A stretch of 64,000 nt of DNA. Source: an uncultured Clostridia bacterium (lineage in GTDB: Bacteria > Bacillota > Clostridia > TANB77 > CAG-508). A model generated the notes under the pieces. That model was not told the origin of the DNA, searched no databases, and saw only the letters and a program-made list of their open reading frames with translations. The stretch is from NCBI GenBank assembly GCA_963558405.1, contig CAUWGC010000001.1, positions 49,144 to 113,143 of the forward strand, given 5' to 3'. Positions 19,496 to 28,243 of this stretch are shown one piece after another; the first letter of the stretch is position 1; each line of letters starts with the position of its first letter. Position numbers and translations under genes: made by a program.

Positions 19496-19578
19496 GTTAC
19501 ATGTAAAAATTCAATTTTTTGTATTAATGAAACACAAAAAATGGTGTTATTCAACTATAATTTAATAGGGGGGATACT

Positions 19579-20584
19579 ATGAAAAAGCTTTTTAAGGAAA
19601 TTAGTATAATAACATTTATAGTAATAATGATGATTACTTTATTACAATTTCCTGTAAATGCAACAAATGATGAGTTAGAGATTATTAAAACATCAGACGA
19701 ATATTTGCTTTATGTTTCAACAATTATGGAAAAAGAATTTGAGTTTATGTATACAAAGGATGAAAATTTAAAAGTATCAGCATTAGATTTTTCAACTGCA
19801 ATTAAATCAGTTAAAGACACAGAAGGAAATAATGTAGCATATATTGATAGCTCATTAGAAAACATGTATTTAAAAAATAAAAATCGGAGATACAGAAAAT
19901 GCATACATGTGGATTAAACAAGGAACAAAAATTAGTGGTCCAATTTTAGTTAATTTAAATACATCTATTACTCAAGAAATAATAGAACATGTAAGTAAAA
20001 CTACTACTAGAATTCCAGTTACAATTGGTCAAGAAGAGAGAGAACCAGTAATAGATGAAAACAGAACAATTACTACAACAGTTGGCTATTTACAAATTGA
20101 GACACAAGAAGGATGTACATATGAATATCAATTGGTTAAATTACCAAATGAAAATTATACAAGATTTGTAGAACTTGCAAAAGAAATTTCAAGCTTTACT
20201 AAAGATAGCAATTCTTATAGAAATATATCAAAAATCAATGAATTCTATAATCTATATAATGATTTAATTCCTGAAAAATGGAATAAAGTAGATAATAGAA
20301 TTGAACAACCTGAAGATGCTAAAAATGGTGATGAATATGTTGTTTGGATTAGAAGTACAAATTCAAATGGTGAAAAAGTAGTAGATGTTCAATTTATGAC
20401 AAGCGTAAGAGAAGAAAAAGAAAAAACTTCCGTAGAAACAGTTAAAGAAGAAGTAACTAAAACAACAAAATTACCAGTAACTTTTGATAGTAACATAATA
20501 CTAATAATTGTATTGGCAGTAATAATTGTAGCAATTATAGTTCTTTTTATAGTAAAAAAGAAATTAGACAATAAAAATAAGTAA
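19579..20584 (+). pseudogene. cell-surface protein with C-terminal sorting-signal-like tail (LPVTF + TM + KKK), split by a +1 frame break at CGG 19885-19887
   Basis: Signal peptide ...FPVNATND. Frame 1 stops at 19917. Frame 2 is open from 19874. Skipping the C joins ...LKNKN-G-DTENAYMWIKQG. The C-terminus is KLPVTFDSNIILIIVLAVIIVAIIVLFIVKKK. Confidence 0.7.
19885..19887 (+). other. frame-break site D: AAT CGG AGA; skipping C gives GGA GAT
   Basis: The 0-frame stop comes 9 codons after CGG. The +1 frame is open to 20584. Confidence 0.9.
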
Positions 20585-20612
20585 AGTTTTATAAACTAAT
20601 AGTCAGGTATAT

Positions 20613-21197
20613 ATGAAAAAGTTTATTAATATTTTTATAATTTTATTAGTATTAGCTGCAATTATAGTTTTTGGAGTTATTATCTACAGATATTCACAAT
20701 ATCAAGCAAACAGTAATGCTGCAGTAGAGGTAGTGGCTCAAATAGAGAAAAAATTTGGAGAAGTATCAGAAACAAATCAGAAGGTTGAAATAGAATATAA
20801 AGGATACAAAGTAATTGGTATAATAGAAATACCAAAAATAAATATAAAATATCCTATATTAAATAAAACTAATGATGATGCTATGAAATATTCAATTACA
20901 AAGTTTTCTGGAGGAGAGGTTAATTCAGTTGGAAATTTTGTGGTTGCGGGTCATAATTATTTAGATGGTTCTTTTTTGGGAAAAGTTAAACAATTAGAAA
21001 TAGGGGATAAAATAAAACTTACAGATTTATATAATAATACAGTAGAATATGAGATATTTGATATTTATTCTGTAAATCCAAATGATACAAGTATTTTAAA
21101 AAGTGTAGACGTAAATTTACGAGAAGTTACACTAATAACTTGTACAAAAGGCCGTGTAGAAAGACTTATAATTAAGGCTAGAGAAGTAAAAAGTTAA
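20613..21197 (+). CDS. sortase (small, class D-like)
   Basis: N-terminal TM segment. Catalytic His (VVAGHNY), TLxTC-type Cys (VTLITCT) and Arg (ERLIIKAREV). Confidence 0.8.
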   Translation: MKKFINIFIILLVLAAIIVFGVIIYRYSQYQANSNAAVEVVAQIEKKFGEVSETNQKVEIEYKGYKVIGIIEIPKINIKYPILNKTNDDAMKYSITKFSGGEVNSVGNFVVAGHNYLDGSFLGKVKQLEIGDKIKLTDLYNNTVEYEIFDIYSVNPNDTSILKSVDVNLREVTLITCTKGRVERLIIKAREVKS

Positions 21198-21285
21198 ATA
21201 ATTTATAATGATGTAAAATAAGAATAGCAAAAGTAATAATAACAATTAAGTATTATTGAATATTAATTTTTAGGGGGGAAAATTA

Positions 21286-24200
21286 ATGAAAGCTAAAATG
21301 AGCTATAAGAGTAAGAGAATAGCCATTATTACAGCAGTAATTGTATTATCGATTGTAGCAATTTCTACTGGTGTATATTTCTTCATTAAAGGTAATGATG
21401 ATATACAAGCTACATATACAGGAAATGAACAAAATATAGCAAGTACAAATAATGGCAAAAATGAAACAGGCGAAAATGGTGTAGTAGAAAATTCAGAAGA
21501 ACAAAATCAAAATGAGGAGGATTCTAAAGAACCTATTAATGTAGATGAAAACACAGGTAACAATACAACATCAGGAACTACAACAAACGGAAATAATGAT
21601 TTGGAAACAAACAATGGTCAAGATGATAATGAAGAAAATATTCCAAATGAAGAGTATACACAAGTAGATATAATAGAAACACAAGTTGAAAAAGTAGAAC
21701 AAGAAGTAGAAGTTGGATGGACAAACATATCATTAGCAAATGCTCAAATGTTTACCAATATTACAACAAATAAACCAGATTTATCAATTAACAAAACAGC
21801 TACAGTAGTAAATTCATTAAATGAAGCTGATAATGCGGTTCAAATAGGAAGCAAAATAAGATATGATATTACAGTAACAAACAATAGCTTAAATTTTGAT
21901 GCTACAGGTATTAAAGTATCAGATATAATTCCAGAAGGAACAAAATTTGATGAAGAAGCAGGAGCTTCAAATGGTGTGTTACCAAATGAAAGTAGAAGAT
22001 TAGTGTGGGTAATTGATGTACCTAGAAAAATTTCAGATATAGATACAAAAAATACTGTTAAACTTTCTTTCACAGTAGAAGTAGTAGATACAGAAATTGG
22101 AGAAGAGACAGTAAATGAAATACGTAATATAGCTGTTGTAAATGGTAAAAATACTAATGAAACAGTTAACCCAATCATAGAAACAGAAAAGACAATATTA
22201 AATGCACCAGAAGTATTACAAGAAGGTTCAATAATTGAATATGGAATAATAGTTAATAATAAGAGCACTGAAGTTGCTAAAACAACTATTAGAGATTCTG
22301 TACCAGAGGGAACAACATTAGTTAGAGACGAAAATAAAAATCCAGCTATATATATTAATGGAGTAATAGCAACAGAAAATAGTTATACTATTACAACAGA
22401 TGAAATTACAGGTAGAGAAGTTATAACATGGAATAATGTAGAAATTAAAGAGGAAGAGTTTGTAGTATCTTTTAAAGTTACAGTAGATGCATTTGAAGGA
22501 GATTCTAAAACTATATCTAATATAGCAATTGTTGGAGATAAACCAACAGATGAAGTTGAAGAAAAAGCACACAATTTTTATTATAAAGTAGAATACTACA
22601 AAGATAGTATAAAACCAGAAAATAAATTATTTGAAACTAAACTTGTAAAAGAACTATTTGGAACAAATATAACAGATAAAATAGTAGCAGAAGATTTTGG
22701 AAAAGATTGGATAAATGCAAAAAGACCACAAGAATATAACGAAGGAACTGTACAAGATTCAAATGGAAATGTAGAAGGATATATAACAATAAATACAGAA
22801 AATAATGTAATCAAAGTGTTATATGTAAAAGAGGAAGTAAAAGAATTAGATTTAACAATAATACCAACTACAACAGAAACAGTACCTCAAAGAGCTGTAT
22901 TAGTATTAGATTTTTCAAGTAGCATGAAGGGAGATAGAATACAACAATTAAAAAGTGCAGTAAATCTTTTCTTAAAAGAATTTCTAAAACCGGATAAAAA
23001 TGGAAAAGGAACTACTGGTAACGAAGTAATAATTATTGAATATGATGGTAAACTTAGAAGAAATCCTATAGGTCCTTCATCTAATATGAATGTTTTAGAT
23101 ATTTCAAAACACGAAAATGGAAGAGGAACCAACATCGATTTAGGTTTAACCGTAGCATATAAGTATATAAATGATAATATAAGTACATCTGTAATTTTAA
23201 TGTCAGATGGTGAACCATATGATTATGTTGATGAAAATGGAAACCTAAAAAATGATTCTATTGAGAGAGCAAAGGAAGAGGCGAAGGCTTCAGCAAAAAA
23301 AATAAAAGATGCTGGAATTAAACTCTTTACTATAGGCTTTAAAATGAATGATGGTGAAGAATTAATGCAAGAAATGGCTACTTCACGTGATGTATGCTAT
23401 TCAGCAAATGACGGACATAAGTTAGAAGAGGCATTCAAACAAATATCAGCTACAATTACTGAAGTAAATGATCAAGCTTCTATTCCATACCAAACTCAAA
23501 ATGGAATAGCTGAAATAACAAGTGGATTTACAAAAGGACAAAATGTAGAAATATATACAAAAACATATGTAGTAAATACAACAAAACCTTATAAGACATA
23601 TACATGGGAACAATTTATAGGATTAGATTATGTAACATATAATACAGGTAATGGTAAACTAACATTTAATTTAAGAGATTATATAAATGATAACGGTATA
23701 AGTGAAGATGCTCCTATTGCTATAAGATTTGTATGTGATGGAATTAAGTCAGTAAGTAAATTTGCAAGTAATGGAATAAAAAGAGAAAGTATAGAGCCTT
23801 TACAAACTTTTAACTCAATTCAAGAATCTGACAGTGTAGATGAAAAAATAAAAGAAGATATGCCAGAAACAAGTGATAGTATAGATGAAAATGTAAAAGA
23901 AAAAGAAGAGTTACAAGAACCAAATAATGTGACAGACAACATTAAAGATATATCTGAAGAAGAAAAAGAAGAAATACAAGAGCCAAATGATGTGATAGGA
24001 AACATTAAAGATACATCTGAAGAGGAAAAAGAAGAAATAGAAAAGCCAAATGATGTGGCAGACAACATTAAAGATACATCTGAAGAGAAAAAAGAAGAAA
24101 TACAAAAACCAAATGATGTGTCAGAAATAGAAGATGAAGAACAACAATCAAGCAATATTACTGATACATCAGTGAAAGAGCAAGAATCAAGTGAAAATTC

Positions 24201-24324
24201 TACAGCAGTTAAAGATGAAGAAACAGAAACTGTAAAAAATGCAAAGAATACAGAGAAGATAAAAGAAAAAAGAACTTCTTTAACTACTGAAAAAAAAGAA
24301 GATATTTCAAATATAAAAAAATAG
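21286..24324 (+). CDS. large N-terminally anchored adhesin: DUF11-type repeats + von Willebrand factor A domain + acidic tandem repeats
   Basis: TM segment at the N-terminus. IRYDITVTNNS...GIKVSDIIPEGTKF is DUF11-like (at least 2 copies). vWA MIDAS motif VLVLDFSSSM plus ILMSDGEP. No LPxTG at the C-terminus. Confidence 0.75.
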   Translation: MKAKMSYKSKRIAIITAVIVLSIVAISTGVYFFIKGNDDIQATYTGNEQNIASTNNGKNETGENGVVENSEEQNQNEEDSKEPINVDENTGNNTTSGTTTNGNNDLETNNGQDDNEENIPNEEYTQVDIIETQVEKVEQEVEVGWTNISLANAQMFTNITTNKPDLSINKTATVVNSLNEADNAVQIGSKIRYDITVTNNSLNFDATGIKVSDIIPEGTKFDEEAGASNGVLPNESRRLVWVIDVPRKISDIDTKNTVKLSFTVEVVDTEIGEETVNEIRNIAVVNGKNTNETVNPIIETEKTILNAPEVLQEGSIIEYGIIVNNKSTEVAKTTIRDSVPEGTTLVRDENKNPAIYINGVIATENSYTITTDEITGREVITWNNVEIKEEEFVVSFKVTVDAFEGDSKTISNIAIVGDKPTDEVEEKAHNFYYKVEYYKDSIKPENKLFETKLVKELFGTNITDKIVAEDFGKDWINAKRPQEYNEGTVQDSNGNVEGYITINTENNVIKVLYVKEEVKELDLTIIPTTTETVPQRAVLVLDFSSSMKGDRIQQLKSAVNLFLKEFLKPDKNGKGTTGNEVIIIEYDGKLRRNPIGPSSNMNVLDISKHENGRGTNIDLGLTVAYKYINDNISTSVILMSDGEPYDYVDENGNLKNDSIERAKEEAKASAKKIKDAGIKLFTIGFKMNDGEELMQEMATSRDVCYSANDGHKLEEAFKQISATITEVNDQASIPYQTQNGIAEITSGFTKGQNVEIYTKTYVVNTTKPYKTYTWEQFIGLDYVTYNTGNGKLTFNLRDYINDNGISEDAPIAIRFVCDGIKSVSKFASNGIKRESIEPLQTFNSIQESDSVDEKIKEDMPETSDSIDENVKEKEELQEPNNVTDNIKDISEEEKEEIQEPNDVIGNIKDTSEEEKEEIEKPNDVADNIKDTSEEKKEEIQKPNDVSEIEDEEQQSSNITDTSVKEQESSENSTAVKDEETETVKNAKNTEKIKEKRTSLTTEKKEDISNIKK
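23920..24125 (+). repeat. 63-bp (21-codon) in-frame tandem repeat, about 3.3 copies
   Basis: Units start at 23920, 23983, 24046 and 24109 (ccaaat(a/g)atgtg...). They encode PN(N/D)V.(D/G)NIKD(I/T)SEE(E/K)KEEI(Q/E). Confidence 0.85.
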
Positions 24325-24338
24325 TTCTATAATCCAAA

Positions 24339-24375
24339 ATAGAAAGAGTAAATTAGGTTACTCTTTCTATTTTTA
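24339..24375 (+). terminator. rho-independent terminator
   Basis: 12-bp perfect stem atagaaagagta / tactctttctat plus TTTT. Confidence 0.8.
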
Positions 24376-24537
24376 CTATAAATATCTATCATAAGTTTAA
24401 AAATAATAGATAAAATTTAACTATAGTTAAAAATAATTTAAAATTGATGAACAGTAGTAAAATTAACATAACTACTTGAATTTATAAAAAAATGTGATAT
24501 AATTATGTAAATATGAGTCGAAAAAAGGAAAATAAAA

Positions 24538-25326
24538 ATGAAAAAAATAATTGTATTTCTAGCTATTATTATAGTTATTATATTAGGAATAATTATCTCT
24601 TTTATTATTCTTAAACATAATAACTACTCTGATAAAGTTAATTTCTATTTTTTTTCGTTACAAGATGCAGATGCAAGCTTGATAACTTATAAAGACATAG
24701 TAATAATTATAGATACTGGAGAAGAAAAAGATCAAGAAAAAATACAAAAAAAACTGCAAGATGAAAAAATTAAAAAGATTGATTACCTTATATTAACACA
24801 TCCTGATAAAGATCATATAGGAAATGCACAGTTTTTAATTAAAAATTATCAAATTGAAAAGATTTTTCAAACAGATTATAACAAAGAGTCTAAATTACAA
24901 GAAAATTTAAATAAAATAATAGAAGAAAAAGAAATAGAAAATATAATTTTAACAGAAAAAATAGAGTTTCAAATAGAAAAACTAAATATTAAAATAGAGC
25001 CACCTAGAGTACAATATAAAGATTCAAACAATAATTCTTTAATTGTAACAGTAGAATTTAATGGTAAAAAAGCGTTTTACGCTGGAGATATTAGAGAAGA
25101 GAGAATGCAAGAGATACTAGGAGATATGGAAACAGTGGACTTATTGAAGTATCCATATCATGGAAGAAAAAATGAATTATCAAAAGAATTTATTCAAATG
25201 ATGAAACCTAAAATGACAGTTATAACAGGAGAAAATCCAGATGAAAGTATAATGAATGAATTAAAAAATATAGAAAGTAAAATAAGACTTACAAATAAAA
25301 GGCAAGTTGAAATAACATTTGAATAA
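24538..25326 (+). CDS. membrane-anchored MBL-fold hydrolase (ComEC C-terminal-domain-like)
   Basis: N-terminal TM segment and HxHxDH-like motif LTHPDKDHIGN. Size (262 aa) is typical of stand-alone ComEC-type lactamase domains. Confidence 0.65.
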   Translation: MKKIIVFLAIIIVIILGIIISFIILKHNNYSDKVNFYFFSLQDADASLITYKDIVIIIDTGEEKDQEKIQKKLQDEKIKKIDYLILTHPDKDHIGNAQFLIKNYQIEKIFQTDYNKESKLQENLNKIIEEKEIENIILTEKIEFQIEKLNIKIEPPRVQYKDSNNNSLIVTVEFNGKKAFYAGDIREERMQEILGDMETVDLLKYPYHGRKNELSKEFIQMMKPKMTVITGENPDESIMNELKNIESKIRLTNKRQVEITFE

Positions 25327-25364
25327 AAAGGGGGAAAAGTTAGTATTAGAATACTAGCGTAAAT

Positions 25365-26063
25365 ATGAATAAAGTTGTAAGACAAGAAAAAAAGTTTCTA
25401 ATAGGAACAGAAGAGTCATATAGCTTAAATAATTATTTATCAAAAATGCTTATAGAAGATAAACATAATGGCTCAAAAGGATATATTGTTAGATCTTTAT
25501 ACTTTGATACTTTATTTGATAAAGATTTTAGAGATAAAGAAGATGGAATAGAGCTTAGACGAAAAATTAGATTAAGAATATACAATCCTGATGATGATTT
25601 TGCAGTACTTGAAATGAAGCAAAAAGAGGGAGCCTACCAATTAAAAAGATCATTAAAAATTACTAGAGATGAAGCACAAGAATTAACAAAGAGAAATTAT
25701 GGGGTATTATTAAATCATAAAGAGGATTTTGCAAAAGAGTGCTATGGATTAATGAATATGCAATGCTATTTGCCAAAAACAATAGTGCAATACAATAGAA
25801 AAGCTTTTATTGCAAAAGAAAACAATATAAGAATTACTTTTGATTCAAACATAATAGCGACAGAAACATGTTTTGATATATTTTCTAAAAATTTGAATAT
25901 GTATCCTGTTTTTAATAAAGATAATACTGTACTAGAAATAAAATATAATGGTTTTTTGTTAGGATATATAAAAGATATGCTAGAAAATGTTCAAAAATCA
26001 GAAGTATCTGTAAGTAAATATTGTTTAGCAAGAACAGTAAGCTTAAAGTATCTATATGTGTAA
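25365..26063 (+). CDS. VTC (polyphosphate polymerase-like, CYTH superfamily) domain protein
   Basis: 232 aa. The N-terminal RQEKKFLI... and SLYFDT pattern recalls bacterial VTC-domain proteins. Context with DUF4956 and CotH supports the call. Confidence 0.6.
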   Translation: MNKVVRQEKKFLIGTEESYSLNNYLSKMLIEDKHNGSKGYIVRSLYFDTLFDKDFRDKEDGIELRRKIRLRIYNPDDDFAVLEMKQKEGAYQLKRSLKITRDEAQELTKRNYGVLLNHKEDFAKECYGLMNMQCYLPKTIVQYNRKAFIAKENNIRITFDSNIIATETCFDIFSKNLNMYPVFNKDNTVLEIKYNGFLLGYIKDMLENVQKSEVSVSKYCLARTVSLKYLYV

Positions 26064-26124
26064 TAAACAGTTTATACTGCTTTATAATAATATTATTAAA
26101 AATTATATAAATATAGGGGGAAAA

Positions 26125-26802
26125 ATGAAAGAGAATTTATTTAGTTTATTAGAAAATGGTAGTCAATTAACGATAGAAGAGATGGTAGTTCATATTATAA
26201 TGTCGTTAATATTAGGTTTTGCAATATTTTTATCCTACAAATTAACTCATACAGGAACAATTTATAGCAAAAAATTTAACACTTCACTAGTAATACTTGC
26301 AACGCTTACTGGAATGGTAATGACTGTTATTGGAAATAATGTAGCTTTATCTTTAGGTATGGTTGGTGCATTATCAATTGTAAGATTTAGAACAGCAATA
26401 AAAGATTCTAGAGATACAGTATATATTTTTTGGGCAATAATAGTTGGTATTTGTTGTGGTGTTGGAGATTATACTGTTGCTGCAATAGGTAGTATAGCAG
26501 TATTTATTATTGCTTTAATTTTAGGTAGAGTAAAAAATGATGAAAGAATTTTATTAATAATAAGAGCAGGAAAAGTATTAGAAAGAAATGTAGAAGCAAC
26601 AGTATTTAAGTATTTTGAGAGAAAAGCAATTCTAAAAGTTAAAAATACCACACAAGAAAATGTAGAATTTATATATGAACTATCAAGTAAAACATATAAC
26701 CTTGTAAATAAAAAAGAAAAAAATATCACAGATTTATTATATGAATTAGGTGCAGTAGAATATGTTAATATCGTAACTCAAAGTGATGAAATTAGTGGAT
26801 AG
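26125..26802 (+). CDS. DUF4956 family membrane protein
   Basis: ATG at 26125 follows GGGGGA. TM helices and the GALSIVRFRTAIKDSRDTVYIFWAI motif recalled for DUF4956. Confidence 0.6.
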   Translation: MKENLFSLLENGSQLTIEEMVVHIIMSLILGFAIFLSYKLTHTGTIYSKKFNTSLVILATLTGMVMTVIGNNVALSLGMVGALSIVRFRTAIKDSRDTVYIFWAIIVGICCGVGDYTVAAIGSIAVFIIALILGRVKNDERILLIIRAGKVLERNVEATVFKYFERKAILKVKNTTQENVEFIYELSSKTYNLVNKKEKNITDLLYELGAVEYVNIVTQSDEISG

Positions 26803-26811
26803 TGGTTAAAA

Positions 26812-28233
26812 ATGAAAAATAAAATAATTTATTTAGTAACATGTATAATTTTACTATGTGTGGTAATATTTGTGAATACAGTAGATGTTAAAGAAAATAA
26901 TAGAATTCATCAACATTTAAGTAATAAAAAAGAAGTAAAAACAGATAATGTAGATGAATTTAATACTCACCTTCCAATTGTTACAATAGATACAAATGGA
27001 TTAGAAATTCCTGGAGAAGCAAGAGATGGAAGTACAATAAATTCAAACATAAAAATATATGATGATGAAACTAAAAATAATTATTTATCAGATGCTCCAA
27101 AAATAACAACAGTAGCTACAATTAGAGCTAGAGGAAATTCATCATTACGTTTTGATAAAAAAGGATATTTATTAAAATTTATAAATGAGGATGGTAGTGA
27201 AAATAAGCAGGAAGTAATGGGAATGGATAGCCATGATGAGTGGATTCTTAATGGACCTTTCTTAGATAAAACTTTAATACGTAACTATATGTGTTACAAT
27301 ATTTCTGCTGAGATAATGGGATATGCTCCTAATGTAAGATTTTGTGAAGTATTTATAAATAATCAATATAAAGGTTTATACCTTATGCTAGAATCTATAA
27401 CCAGAAGTGATAATGGAAGAATTGATATTTCAAAATATGAAGAAAAAAATAATTATACGGGTTATATTGTAAGAATTGATAGGGGAAGCTCTGATGAAAT
27501 GCAAAATGTTAATTCATTAATCAAATACGGAAAATTAGTACCTGAAACAACATATATAGATATTATTTATCCACCCAAAACAAAGCTTAATGAAAAAATA
27601 AAACTATATATAGAAAGAGATATGAGTAAATTAGATAAGGCTCTTTATTCTTTTGACTATGATGAAGCAGAATATGGTTACGAAAATTATATCAATACTG
27701 ATAATTTTGTTGATTATTTTATTATTAATGAGTTCACACAAAATTATGATGCAGGAGGTCTATCAACATATCTCTATAAAGACGTAAGAGGAAAATTTAA
27801 TTTATGTGTATGGGATTTTAATAATGCATTTGACAACTATCAAGAATCTAGTACCAAAGATAGAAATTTTGAAATGAGAGACAAACCATATTTTTATATG
27901 TTAACCAAAGATGAAAAATTTAATAAAAAAGTAATAGAAAGATTTAGAGAATTAAGAAAAACATATTTTAGCGAAGAATATTTGATGAATTATATTGATG
28001 AAACAATTGCATTTTTAGGAGATGCTATAGATAGGAATTTTGAAGTATGGGGGTATTCATTTAATAACGATTGTAAAATGTTAACACCTATTGAGAGAAA
28101 TTTACATAGCTATGATGAAGCTGTTAGCCAATTAAAAAAATTTATAAAAAGCAGATGTGCTTATTTAGATGAAAACATAGAATCGTTACTTCAATTTTCA
28201 CATGAATCAGCTGTAAAAACATATAATCATTAG
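26812..28233 (+). CDS. cotH: CotH kinase family protein
   Basis: Signal anchor. 473 aa with CotH-like blocks (LPIVTIDTNG, IRARGNSSLRFDKKGY, FINEFTQNYDAG, FNLCVWDFNNAF). Confidence 0.7.
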   Translation: MKNKIIYLVTCIILLCVVIFVNTVDVKENNRIHQHLSNKKEVKTDNVDEFNTHLPIVTIDTNGLEIPGEARDGSTINSNIKIYDDETKNNYLSDAPKITTVATIRARGNSSLRFDKKGYLLKFINEDGSENKQEVMGMDSHDEWILNGPFLDKTLIRNYMCYNISAEIMGYAPNVRFCEVFINNQYKGLYLMLESITRSDNGRIDISKYEEKNNYTGYIVRIDRGSSDEMQNVNSLIKYGKLVPETTYIDIIYPPKTKLNEKIKLYIERDMSKLDKALYSFDYDEAEYGYENYINTDNFVDYFIINEFTQNYDAGGLSTYLYKDVRGKFNLCVWDFNNAFDNYQESSTKDRNFEMRDKPYFYMLTKDEKFNKKVIERFRELRKTYFSEEYLMNYIDETIAFLGDAIDRNFEVWGYSFNNDCKMLTPIERNLHSYDEAVSQLKKFIKSRCAYLDENIESLLQFSHESAVKTYNH

Positions 28234-28243
28234 GAGGGAAAAC

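Noticed and set aside
23820-24155. Tandem repeats as a possible CRISPR array or minisatellite outside genes
   Set aside because: The repeats are contiguous with no spacers, exactly 63 bp (in frame), and lie inside a long ORF encoding an acidic repeat. No CRISPR-like repeat-spacer structure exists anywhere in the window.
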